A DNA stretch of 64,000 nucleotides from positions 56,854,001-56,918,000 of the forward strand of contig OZ024740.1 of assembly GCA_964016885.1 (NCBI GenBank), in the 5' to 3' direction. A program made the position numbers and the translations under genes. The stretch comes from Eledone cirrhosa (Eukaryota). Under the pieces are notes generated by a model, which had not been told where the DNA came from, searched no databases, and saw nothing but the letters and a program-made list of their open reading frames with translations. Of the stretch, positions 13,480 through 25,667 are shown in pieces (positions within the stretch are counted from its first letter, which is position 1; each line of letters opens with the position of its first letter).

Positions 13480-13910
13480 CTGAAAGCACGCTTTCCAGAA
13501 AATCTTATCAGAGGAAACTGTTTCTAAATAATCAAGCACGATCCCCAAGCGAGATTTTGTGTGTTATCCAACCACCCTGTTTATGGTCTAATTCTAGGCT
13601 TCCTACCGGCTGGATTTATCAGTAAAATCTCTCCTGTAATTCTTTCGTTCGACATTCTAAATATATGTTCATAGTACCGGAGTTGTTATCTCTCGATCTC
13701 GAGAAGTAAAAGTTCTACCAGGAGCGAATCCCTGATCTCCGAGCTATCTACCCTATCGGTTAACGCTACCGCAAAGACCCTTCGGAGGAACTCCATTTCC
13801 GTATGCATGAGCGACTGCTGGTCTTCCACAAACAGCCTTGCCCAGACTTGTGCCTCGGAGAGGAACTCTGTAGGTGCAACCCCCATGGTTATTCGTGACC
13901 AAAACCGAAG
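13480..13910 (-). mobile_element. RTE/RTEX-like LINE C-terminal relic
   Basis: TEMEFLRRVFAVALTDRV.SSEIR...LLLEIER*QLRYYEHIFRM..ER....P.GRKPRIRP. Confidence 0.75.
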
Positions 13911-13939
13911 GGTGTCTTTACCATATATATATATATATA

Positions 13940-14175
13940 TATCAGCACCAACAGTTTTGCAAGAGATGTCAACATGAATGGACCTGTTATTTTTATCTAA
14001 ATACATGTTTTCCAATTCCAACCCTCCCGTCCCCTCAATTTCTCATTCTTCCTTCTGACGAAGGACTAGCGTCCGAAGCATTAAGACCCTCTTCCTGCTA
14101 TATCAAGCGTTAACCTAATATATCCCTTCCATATACTCTACCGACTGTGTTGTTATTTCTGTTTACCTTTTACAT
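13940..14175 (+). mobile_element. Penelope pLTR-like fragment with a degenerate hammerhead (14055-14079)
   Basis: CTGACGA-a-ggac-tagc-gtcc-GAAG (core GAAA mutated); flanked by TA runs. Confidence 0.45.
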
Positions 14176-14189
14176 ATATATATACATAC

Positions 14190-14818
14190 AAGGTGGCTGC
14201 CAACTTGTTTTCGAGTACGGCCACTACTTTATATCCATGTAGGAGAACCCCTACCGATGCGCTGAACGAGTGTGACTTTTTAGTCCAGCCAGTTGAAAAC
14301 TCTGGTACAAACACTACACTTGTGACAATTATTGACACATAGTGCTGGGCCCATGGTACCATGTGACGACAAGTGCAGAGAGATCTCCAGATATAAAGAA
14401 ATGCCTGTGCCGTGAAGCTTTTATAGTGAGCAAAGGCATTGCACAAAGTCAGTCCCACTCTCTTAACCAAGATGATATTTACCAAAAAGAAGAACATGTC
14501 AACATCATTGGATACCATCAAAGTTGCAGGTGTTATATCAGAGTTTTCCTTCTCCTAGAATTCTGCCTTGACAAAGGCTAAGGGGTCATCTCTCCCGGTG
14601 ATTTTGGATGGCCATTGACTCTTAAGAGCTCCTTTGCCCTTTGACAGGTTTTGTTTTTAGTCCTGCAGGATATCCAAAGTCACCCTCCTCACCGAGAAAC
14701 CTTGGTGGGGTTGCCAGTTTAGTCGCCAACGACCCGACCGTGAGACAGATTGTACTGATACATACATACATACATACATACATACATACATACATACATA
14801 CATACATACATACATACA
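14190..14818 (-). mobile_element. Non-autonomous RTE-related element with a (CATA)n flank; relatives at about 18150-18605, 18606-19200 and 45345-45540
   Basis: Repeated ggagaaggaaaactctga RTE-type 5'UTR block joined to a Cxx[10 protein letters not shown] zinc-finger-like 3' end. Confidence 0.6.
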
Positions 14819-14929
14819 TCTCTATTGGGAAAAAATTTGTGAAATTATAAAACCAGAAGAACATACATATACTTCGTTTTTGAATTTGTTTTGCAGGATT
14901 TATTATCTGAAAACGTGTGTTGAAACAGA

Positions 14930-15999
14930 TATTGTTAAAGTTTGGAGTTATGGTGCCATAAAAACACACGCACCTGTTAGTTTTCACTTCAATTTATTAT
15001 ATATTTCCGGTTGGTTGGCTGGTTGGTTCGATAACCGGATGTTTGTTTATTAAAGCTCTTTCTTCACACATTCTGTGACCTTCTCAGTGACTGGGTTTTT
15101 ATTTTGTGTATCTCCTTTATTCTGTCCTACACTATCTTGTTTTTGTGTTTTGTGTGTTGTGTACTTGGTTTGCGCATGCGTTACATATGGTTGTGTATGT
15201 GTGCGTGCGTGTGTGTGTGTGATTTTATTTATTTATTTATGTGTTTATTTACTTGTCGCTAGGTGGTTGTATGTTCTATTTGTGTGTGCCTGATTTATTT
15301 TATTAGTTTATTTTTTGTGTGTGTCTGTATGTCTTCATTTTGTCCTTAATTACTAGTTGTGATGTTGCTATTCCACTCATATTTTCTGTTTGGTTGGAGT
15401 TCGTTTATGTTTGTCACCTCTGTGATTTGTCTGAGCATTACATCTTTTCTGTGTGGATATAATTTTTATCTCCATGTTCTCTAATGTGCCCCTATGTTTA
15501 TTTGTGGAGGGGGGGGGGGGGGCATGAAGGTGGAGTACTAATGATTTTTTCCCATCCTGGAGTTCTCGCCAGTGTTCACTTATCCGTTCTCCTATGCTAC
15601 GGGCTGTTTCACCTATGTATGTTATATTCTTATTCCTACACTGTCCCTCAGTACATCTTATGCTATATATTACCTTCCTACCTTTGCCGTTAATTTGTGG
15701 GCTTAGCTTGCAGACTATGCACTTCCTATCAGTGCAGGAGGTTCTTTGAAATGGATATGTTTTACTAATTAGGGTTTTTATGGGAATACCTCGTCTTTCA
15801 AATATCTTAATATTTAATTTGAGCTTATCTAGAGCCCTTCTAAATCTATAAGCTAGTTCGCCTCTAGGTAATGGTAGGTGGTCTGCCTCTTTCTGCCCTT
15901 TTGGGTTATCAAACCAACCAACCGGAAATTGATAATAAATTTAAGTGAAAATCAACAGGTGCGTGTGTTTTTATTGGCAGCATGCCCCTCCCAAAGTAT

Positions 16000-16005
<6 letters not shown>
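14930..16005 (-). mobile_element. Truncated Penelope-like element with inverted pLTR ends
   Basis: Minus frame 15560-15880 reads KTLISKTYPFQRTSCTDRKCIVC...VIYSIRC...YIGETARSIGERISEHW (GIY-YIG). Inverted repeats at 14930-15025 and 15912-16005. Same family as 40891-42026. Confidence 0.85.
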
Positions 16006-16050
<45 letters not shown>

Positions 16051-16589
16051 GTCTTAAGCCAGAAGGCTCATTTGGCCGGCGCTTGTCCCGGTTTCATGGC
16101 GTGAAGCGAGAGAGAAAGATAGAGAGAGAGACACAGAGAGAGAGAGAGAGAGATGGGTTTGTGCGTTTGTGTGTGTGTATTCTTGAATAACGGATCTTGC
16201 TTCCTTGATTTTATGAAACCAGTATGCACAAATATACCGTATCTATTGGATACAGCTAACATACGTTAAGAGTATTTCGTAAAGCAAGTAAAGAGAAAAT
16301 ATGATTGATTGTATAAATACCAAAAGTTTACGTCTAACATATTCAAAATTAACCTGTGTGTGCTGGTGTGGAGTACAAATAAACAACAGAAATTGTGGTA
16401 AGGATTACCTAGTCCCCTTGTTACTGCCTGGTGAAGTTTGTAGCTTGTATACCAGAATGTCTGTGATTATTTTATACCTAATGATCGGTAGAGTGTCGGA
16501 TGCCATGCTTTGCAGCATAGAGTTACGGCCCTTTATGATCTGAGTTCAAATCACGCTGAGGTAAACTTTGCCTTTCATCTTTACGGGAA

Positions 16590-17246
16590 ATTCGGCTAGA
16601 CGTAACGCCTCAAAAACGCCCTAAAAAGCTAAAAAAATGGAGGCAATAAAAAAGTTGGATTTTCTTTACTCACGGTATGACGAAGAGACTGACTAATACA
16701 TAATTACAATTTCAAGGAAATACGTCTGACGTAACGCCTCAAAAAAACCCCTAAAAACCTGCAAAAACGCAGTTTTTCACCTAATGCGGGCCCTAGGGGA
16801 TCAAAAAGTTGAATTCTATGTGCATAGCACTCCCTGAAACATAAATAATACACATGTAAAGTTTGAAAAAAGTCGGTTGGGTACTTCTCGAGTTTTAGGG
16901 ATTCAAACTCACAGACACACAATCACACACACACAGACAGACATCCTCAGGGAAGTGATGTAATGCAGACAGCCAGACATACAAACAGATATTATAAGGG
17001 CGCGATGTTATATGTATCTATCTAAAAAGAGAAAGACTAAGAATTATAGAGGGATATCGCTAAATCGCCTAATGCAGTCCCTAGGGCATTGAAAATTTGA
17101 AATTTCTTTTCGCTCAGAATACTCCCCGAAACATAAGTATTAAATGTGTAAAGTTTGAAACCAGTCGGTTGGGTGCTTCTCGAGTTTTAGAGATTCAAAC
17201 TCACACACACAGACAGACATCCTCAGTTTTATATATATATATAGAT
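16590..17246 (+). mobile_element. Helentron/DINE-like non-autonomous element with an internal duplication
   Basis: 16780-16950 resembles 17065-17227; CA/GACA microsatellite; 3' end ttttatatatatatagat; sits between two SINE heads. Confidence 0.5.
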
Positions 17247-20200
17247 GATCGGTAGAGAGTCGGACCCCATGCTTTGCAGCATAGAGTTACGGCCCTTTAT
17301 GATCTGAGTTCAAATCCCGCCGAGGTAAACTTTGCCTTTCATCCTTACCGGGTCGATAAAATAAAGTACCAGTCAAACACTGGGGTCGATTTAATCGAAT
17401 TTCCTCTCCCCCCAAATTACTGACCTTGTGCCTATATAGGAAACCATTATTTTATATCTAATTATATTTATAGTTTTTTATTTAAAATTGTTTATCTTAA
17501 TAGTAAAACATGTCGGTGCTTTTTGTTTTGTAAGATATAGAAGATATAGTGATTTTGTTTTAATTTTATTTTGCCGTCAGTTTGATGTGACACGTACTTT
17601 CCTCCTTTTCTACTCTCGTCTATCTTTCTATTTCGGTTTCTATCTCTCATTATATTTTCCTTTATAGGACTAACGTCAGAGACTTTAAAACTTTTTTCTA
17701 CTATATCAATTGTTAAACTAATATATATCATCACTGTACTGTATTGTAGTGCTGTGTTTTTATTTTGTTTTTTATTTTTCTTTGTTGAACTTTCTCATAC
17801 ATACATGATGATGATGGCTGCAACTCGATTTCGAGTAATGCCATCGCTTGATACGTAAGCATGAGCTTCACGGACGTGGCTTTTGAATCCTGCTAGGTAC
17901 TTGCCTATGGTTAGCTATGCCACTTATCGCAAAAAATGTCACATATCAAGTGATGCCTGTGGCCAATTCCATTCTCTGAACATCGAATGCATTTGCCCCA
18001 AAAGAAGAACTGGTCTACATCATTGGATGCAAACAAAGTCGCAGGTTTTACATACATACATAATGGTTGCAAACTCTGCTAAGAGTACTGCAATTGCTTG
18101 TTAGATTATAGAGTTTGGGGCACTTTTAGGCTACGGCCAGCCACACAAACCTGTAACATATCCTCAACAATCAACAAGCAATTCCTATGCTTTGAAGATT
18201 TTTTAAGTGGGGAAAAGGACTTGCACTCGACCAATCCCACTCTCCGAGCATCGAAAACATTACCTGAAAAGGAGAACTGGTCAACATCATCGGATGCCTC
18301 CGAAGCCGCAGGTTTTTTTTCAGAGTTTCCCTCTCCCAGAAAGGTGTTGTAACAACAACTTGGGTCCCTTCACTCCCAGATGAAAAAAAAAGTACTATTT
18401 GGATGGCCGTTGATTCTGCTGAGTTCCTCCGCCCTTTGCCGGATCTTGTATTTCATCCAACAGGGTGTCCAAATATCACCCTCCGCACCAAGCAAGCTTG
18501 GTGGGGTTGCCGGTTTAGTCACCGACGACCCGACCATGAGACAGGTTGTATTGGGTTACATGTGACCAATAGCACTCAGGAATGACCTGACATACATACA
18601 TACATGATGGCTGGCCCCTCGTTATCGAGTGTGGCCATTGCACAATATAACATTATTAATAATTATTAATTAATTCTATCGTGCAATGCCTGTGCGTGAA
18701 GATTTTTTTTAAGTGAGGAAAGACTGTGCACTGAGCCAATTCCACTCACTGAGCGACAGTAGCTAAAAGAAGAAAAGGTCAGCATAATCGGTAACTACTG
18801 AGCCACAGGTTTTATGTCGGAGTTATGCCAGTTTTCTGAGTTGCCTCCTCCTAGAAGAATGCCCTGACAAAGTCTAGGGGTCCAGTGGTTTGACCGCGCG
18901 ATCGGGTGTCCAGCCCGACTATTTCTATGCCCCCCGTGCATATACATACACATGCACCCATGCATATACACATATACATACATATGTACATGTGTATATA
19001 CATATTTACACATTTTTGGAAGGCCGTTGACTGTTATGACTTCCTCTGCCCTTTGTCAGGTTTTGTTTTTTGTCCTGCAGGGTATCCAAAATCACCCTCC
19101 TCACCAAGTAAACTTGGCGAGGAGGATAATTTTGCAACAGGTTTTACTGGGTTACATGTTACCAGTAGCACTCAAGAGTGACCCGACATACTTACATCCA
19201 TGCATACATAATACATATATACATACATGTGTTTATAGATCATTTGTTATACAGTGTCACACTGAGTCACCCTGAGTATTGCGTTAAGGATATAAGTGTA
19301 TATGGAATACTCAGCCACTTAGATGTTATTCTTAATATCTTATTTGTTTGTCTTTCGAATAACATGATTTGTATTTCTATTTGTGAAACTACTTCTTTAT
19401 AGGAAATTTTCCTATTCTGTGTGATTTGTCAGAACTAACATCTCAAAATAAACCAGTTAACCGCAGTTTTACATTCTTTTTAGATTGTAATTCAATATGT
19501 CATTTTTAACCATATCAAAATATAAAACAGAAAACAATAAAAAAAAAAAAAAAAAGAAAACTTTGGCATATTAAAAAAATGAGTACGGTTACGTTTCTAG
19601 TAGTAATGAAACTTAGAAAATTATGCATGATAGCTATTGAGTAGAATGGCTATTATAAATACTATCATCTTACTTCTTGAATTCATAAGAGCAACCTTTA
19701 TTTTTTTCTTTTCAATTTTCCCCAAGTTTCGAAAGCAAATTTCTTCTTTAGAATTATATTACTTTCCTGACATACATTTTAGATCTTTTTTCAAACTTAA
19801 CATGGATAACTGAAAGTGGCAAGTAGAATTTGACTTTTTTTTTTTTTTTCCATGCATATATGTGTTATTGCAGAACAATCTGCTGCTGACAAAGTCAGTG
19901 ATTATGTCCTGAATAGCTAACGATTTCAAATATGAATAACTCTACCACAAAAGAAAAAAAAGAAAAGGTGAATGTACTCATTCTTTGCACCCTGGTCTAT
20001 CTTACGTGCAATTACTTGCAATTGTGTGTTATTGTGAAACCAACAAATAACTCCACAAACGAACATGTATATTATAAATCTACAAGTACATCCATAATCC
20101 AGCAGGTTCTCAGTGGTTGGGAGTAATAACTCCATAAATAAGTTTAATTCTAACAAATACACCGCTGTTACAAACAAGAGATTCCCCAATCCACAAACGA

Positions 20201-20408
20201 TAATGTTATTAAACGAGACAATTAGGGCGTCTCTTGTTGTTTACTCGACCTGCTAGAATTAACAACCCAGTTTCACTCAAATATTACCTTACTGTTATAT
20301 AAACGTAAAGACAGGGGCAACAATAATGAGCTTGTTATACAAAAATACGGATGCTTCAGCTGGAACATCGTTTATCATTGTTCTGAGGCAGACCAGAAGC
20401 TAAATAAT

Positions 20409-20861
20409 GGTTTCTTATTCAAGCACAAGGCCAGCAATTTTGGAGAGGGGGGAAAGTCGATTAAATCGACTCCACGTTTTTACTGGTACTTTATTTTATC
20501 GACCTCGTAAGGATGAAAGACAAAGCTAACCTTGGCGGATTCAAAATCATAACGTAAACGACCATCACTCTATACCACTAAGCATGTTGTCGGACGCTCT
20601 ACCGATTCTGATAAACCACCGCCTTAACCAGAAGCTAAATAATGGTTTCTCATATTGGCACAAGGCCAGCAATTTGGTGGGAGGGAAATGTCGATTAAAT
20701 CGACCCCAGTCTGTGACTGGTACTTTATTTTATCGACCCCGTAAGGATGAAATGCAAAGTTAACCTCGGCGAGATTTGAACTCAGATCATAAAGAGCCGT
20801 AACTCTATGCTGCAAAGCATGTTGTCCGACCCTCTACCGATTCTGCCTAACCACCGCCCTA
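20409..20861 (-). mobile_element. Two tandem copies of the dominant tRNA-derived SINE (family A)
   Basis: Consensus tggcagtatcggtagag...gagttcaaatcccgccgaggttaactttgcctttcatccttacggggtcgataaaataaagtacc...ggccttgtgcc...(ATT)n. About 30 further copies, e.g. near 3713, 17248, 21660-21955, 22940-23380, 26695-27310, 27485, 28268-29005, 33340, 34925-35385, 37376-37862, 40526, 55950, 61143-61590 and 63123-63925. Confidence 0.92.
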
Positions 20862-21206
20862 ACCAGAAGCTAAATAATAACATGAAAACAGAAACATGAC
20901 TATCACTAAGAACATAAGCAAACATTCTGCCAAAACTAGTGAAGTTCATGATAAAGACCAATGAATAACATTATTCTGCTCGTCACCAGTTTACGATTGT
21001 TACATCTTTAACAAATTTAACAATAAAGTGAAATTGAATGTTTCGCTTTAAACAACCTGAATTATGGAACCAAATCGAAGACATAATCGAAACCGTTCAT
21101 ATAATGAAACTTATAAAGTTAAAGGAAATGGAGTAAACCACCGTTATGCTGATATCAAGCCTTATCAAAATATAATGAACGAGAGCAATTAAGTATCCAA
21201 AAATCT

Positions 21207-21385
21207 CAATGTTAAAATTCCGTTATAACGAATACCATTATAACGAATTTTTCAGTATAACGAAATTTTATTTAATCCCTGGCCACGCGCTTGATATGTT
21301 TTGGTCAATCTCGTTATAAAGAAGTTTTCGTTAAAACGAATTTTTTTATGTCCCGTGAATTTCGTTATAACTGAATTTCACTGTA
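21207..21385. mobile_element. pogo/Tigger-like MITE
   Basis: Repeated GTTATAACGAA subterminal motifs in both orientations; right end ...aatttcactg-ta. Confidence 0.65.
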
Positions 21386-21954
21386 AACCATAAACAAATT
21401 TGAGGTACCACTCACTTATATGCGGGTACCAAGCTATAAAATTGTGACACCAAAGATCCTTAAGCAGTATTAGAAATTGTGAACATAATTCAGTAGCATT
21501 ATGTAAACCTCACGCAGAGAATAGTGAAGTTGTTGACCCAACTCCAATATGTACGAACGCAAAACTAACCACACGGCCACATAAAGTCCCCGCAAATAAT
21601 TAACCTAATGTCGGTATTTCATACATATCATCCTGTAAAGCAATGTCACTTCTATTATTAGGGTTCAAATCCCGCCGAGGTTAACTTTGCCTTTCAATCT
21701 AAGGGGTCGATAGAATAAAGTACCAGTAATGCACTGGGTAATTGCTGGCCTTGTGCCAAAAGTAGAAACAATTATTAGAGTCGGACTCCATGCTTTGCAG
21801 CCTAGAGTTATGCCCCTTTACGATGTGACTTCAAATCCCGCCGATGTTAACTTTTGCCTTTCATCCTTACGGTGTCGATAAAATAAAATACCAGCAATGC
21901 ACTGGGATAATTGCTGGCCTTGTGCCAAAAGTAGAAACAATTATTATTATTATT

Positions 21955-22903
21955 TGGAATGTCTTCACACGCTCACAGCCCTCGACCAGTCGGGCAATGT
22001 GATCGGTGGAAACTTCACCTTGGCGATCTATAGAGGATTAGTGGAGGGGAAGAGCGACGACGTAGTTGGAGAAACTCTAGGCGTCGACGAAAATCAACTA
22101 GCCAATCTCTTCGGAAGAACTTTCGGGCTGGGGCCTATGGACAACTTCCAGAAATCCCTGGCCTGGCAGTGCTACTGAGGAGCTTTGCCAGTTCGGGATA
22201 AACTCTACAGGCATGGAGGTGCCGTCAGCCGGGCATGTCTGAGATGCGCGCAGGGCGACGAAACCATCTTGCACGCACACGTCCAGTGTCCGAGCATTGC
22301 TGACTTGTGGGTTTATGTCGAACACCTGCTGTCACGTGTCGGACGGATCCAGCTATCAGCCGAGTCCATCGTGAGGATTGCCCCGCCCTCTTCCTTTAGC
22401 CGGGAAGGGCAGGCAGTTTTTATCTGTCTGGTGGCCATGGCGAAAGAGATAGTATGGTGGACACGTTTGAAAGGGCTGAAGACGAGCACTTACCTCTTCG
22501 GTGATACCCTGATTAACTTTTTCAAATTTCATTTGAAAAGGAAAATCAGGGTAGAGAGGGAAGTGCTCTCTTCCCAGCATTTTGTTGAAAGATGGGTGAG
22601 AGAGGCAAGAATGGCCCGAGTGAATGGGCCTACTCTGAGTATGTCTGTAAATTAAAGGTGGAAAACTGGGGGAGGGCACTTGCCTTGGTGGTCAGGGTCA
22701 CTGTGGATTTTTAATGGGCTTTCTCCACGAATGTCCCTCGGAAGTCTCCCCTCTATTGGGGAATTTTTTCATTGTTATATTATTACATCCCCTGTTTTTT
22801 GTTTTTTTTACACGCAGAAATGCCCTTTTGTACCGTCCAGTATTGTCCTATACTGTCCTTAATGTCTACTTTGTGTAAATCCTTGTGGTTAATAAAGAAA
22901 GCA
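21955..22903 (+). mobile_element. 5'-truncated Tx1 LINE (related subfamily)
   Basis: Translation homologous to 8720-9510 (LPVRDKLYRHG...CLRC...HVQC); ends aataaagaaagc(ATT)n. Confidence 0.92.
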
Positions 22904-25069
22904 TTATTATTATTATTATTATTATTATGCAAGGAGTGAAGCGTGGTGGATTCGCAGTATTAGTAGAGCGTCGGACAACATGTTTTGCGGCATATAGTAA
23001 ATGCTATTTGCTCTCCGAGTTCTAATCCCGCCGAGGTTAGCTTTGCTTTTCACCCTTACGAGGTCGATAAAATCAAGTACCAGTCAGGCACTGGAGTCGA
23101 TTTAATCTACTTTCTTCTCCCTCAAAATTGCTGGCCTTGTGCTTAAATCAGAAACGATTATTATTATTATTATTGGCAGTATCGGTAGAGTGTCGGATGC
23201 CATGCTTTACAGAATAGAGTTACGGCCCTTTATTATCTGAGTTCAAATCCCGCCCAGGTAAACTTTGCTTTTCATCCTTACGGGGTCGATAAAATAAAGT
23301 ACCAGTAATGCACTGGGATAATTGCTGGGCTTGTACCAAATGTAGAACCAATTATTATTATTATTATTATTATTATTAAGTACCATTTACGAACTGGTAT
23401 TGGTTTAATCAAAATTGTTGGCCCTGTGCCAAATGTAGAAATCATTCTTATGATAAGAGTTTATACTACTACAGAGTAACCGGAGAAGAACATACTAGCA
23501 GAAACCCTGCTTCTATGCAATCTAGCAATATCTATGTCATTTACGTACGGAAGCGTATCCATTAAAAAAACTTATCAGATACAAAAATACACTTATCAGT
23601 GTATGTCATCTTCCGTACTAACAGGAGTTGTCGTGGGACTGCCATATACATTGGTGAAAATCTCACATGCGTAGTTATATTTGTAACAGCAAACGTAGAG
23701 AAACTAAACATGTACGATCGTGTACAAAGGTTCATATTTTACGAGCCTTTTAAAATCATAGAGGATTTATTAACCGAAACTTGCCGATATACTGATATAT
23801 TCCTTTTGATTACTTCAATCTTCCCAAACCCAGAGACTCCTACGCGATGTCAAAGTGGTCTCTGGGAAGACGAAGACCAAAACTCTAAAGGAAATATTGA
23901 GGCAGCGGAAAGGAATTACAGCTGGCTCTGGTCGAGGAGGAACAAAAACGTCCTTCATACCTTTTGAGGGCATCGTGTTTGCATTTTAATGCACGCTAAG
24001 GGAAATAACCCTGAGTGAGTCTTAGTTTGTTGTGTTGGCGGCGGCGATGATACTGTTGGCATCTCACCGATACCCAGCTAGACTCTGTCAACAAAATCTC
24101 CATACGGTTTAAATATACAAGTCTCCGATATTCGAATGGCTAAATACCAACGGAAGTGTACCCAAAAGTCATGACCTGAATGCCCCGCTTCCACCCTCCG
24201 CCCTAGTGTGTAAGAAGTTATGGGCCGAAACACTTGCTTGAGGGGGGGGGGTCTCTGAAGACCTGCTATCCAGCTCTCCTGAGAGTTTCTCTCATTAACC
24301 ATTGTGAAGCCACGGCTTACGTATAGCTATTTGAAATAAATAGTTGACCATAAAGTAATTGCACTTATAATACATAGTCCAGCATAAACTACACCAAGGC
24401 TATATAAAACACAAACGTTGAAAGTAATTAAATGTTCATGTAATTTCTTACGTAAGCGTGATGTGATACGCCGTGAGCATAAATTACACGGGAAAAAGTA
24501 ATTACTATTATTCTGGAAATATAATTATAGATATAAAATTAAGAAATAAAAATGTAAACTGACCTTTTAATTACCTTTTTTAAGAAATTAAGAATATTAG
24601 ATTAAATATATTACTATTTTTTAACACAAGCCAGAATTCTAATAGACTGCACTTAAGGGCCTCAAAGGGCGCATGCAGAGCGATCTCTGTAGCTTTCCTA
24701 CCTTTTATGTAGATACTCTCTCGTTAGTTGATGGATTAATTTATTGGAACCTGTTACTATTATACCTCATTCGATCCAGATGACGAGTCTCCCAGTTGTT
24801 TGATCAACGGAATAACCTGTCTTTGAAATTAACATGCAAACAGATGAACATTCCACAGTCATATCTAACATTAACAGCACCGACCAGGATTCGAACTCAC
24901 AACCTTAAGATCGTGAGCCGAATACCCTAACTACAAAGCCATGCACCCTCGATTGGAACCAGTTGAGCCTATAAATCTATATACCACAACAACTAAGACT
25001 ACATATATATTCTATCCCAGTACATCAAACCCCACTTCAACATAAACCAATTAGTGTATTTTTCCTTAC

Positions 25070-25090
25070 CTTTTTAACAAACGATGCCAT
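25070..25090 (-). CDS. Probable start-codon exon (MASFVKK); the whole exon including 5'UTR probably spans 25070-25221
   Basis: ATG GCA TCG TTT GTT AAA AAG|gtaagg is a strong phase-0 donor matching the phase-0 acceptor at 12862. In-frame TAA upstream at 25136-25138. Pyrimidine-rich acceptor tacttacag before 25221. Confidence 0.65.
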
Positions 25091-25307
25091 TCTTCCGTGT
25101 ATTTCCTCGTGAGTAATCAAAAAGAGTTGTATATATTAATCAAAATTTATTGACAGAATCTGTGACTTCGACATCTTGCCTCTTCGTTGTTCTGATTCAA
25201 AATATTTCAAGTTGCGCCAATCTGTAAGTATACGGATATAAACAGAATAAAAATACACACACATATATTTGTATGTATATTGTATATATATTGTGTCTAT
25301 ATATATT

Positions 25308-25347
<40 letters not shown>

Positions 25348-25636
25348 GTATGATAGATTGATCTTAATACACACACACAGGTCCTGACACTTTTCCTATA
25401 TATATATATACAGATTAGAGCAAAAATCACGAGCACTCTATCTCCAAATTATTTTTGAAAAGTATAAGAAATGTGCAACCGATAAAAACTTAAAACTAAA
25501 ACTGAATACTAACTAATACTTATTACTAATTTATACTTATTCCTAATTAAACTATTTTTCACTGGGAAAAATTTGTCAGCATTTTCTTTTCCTTTTTACA
25601 CAACTCGTGTGTCACACCTCTATTTATATATATATT

Positions 25637-25667
<31 letters not shown>

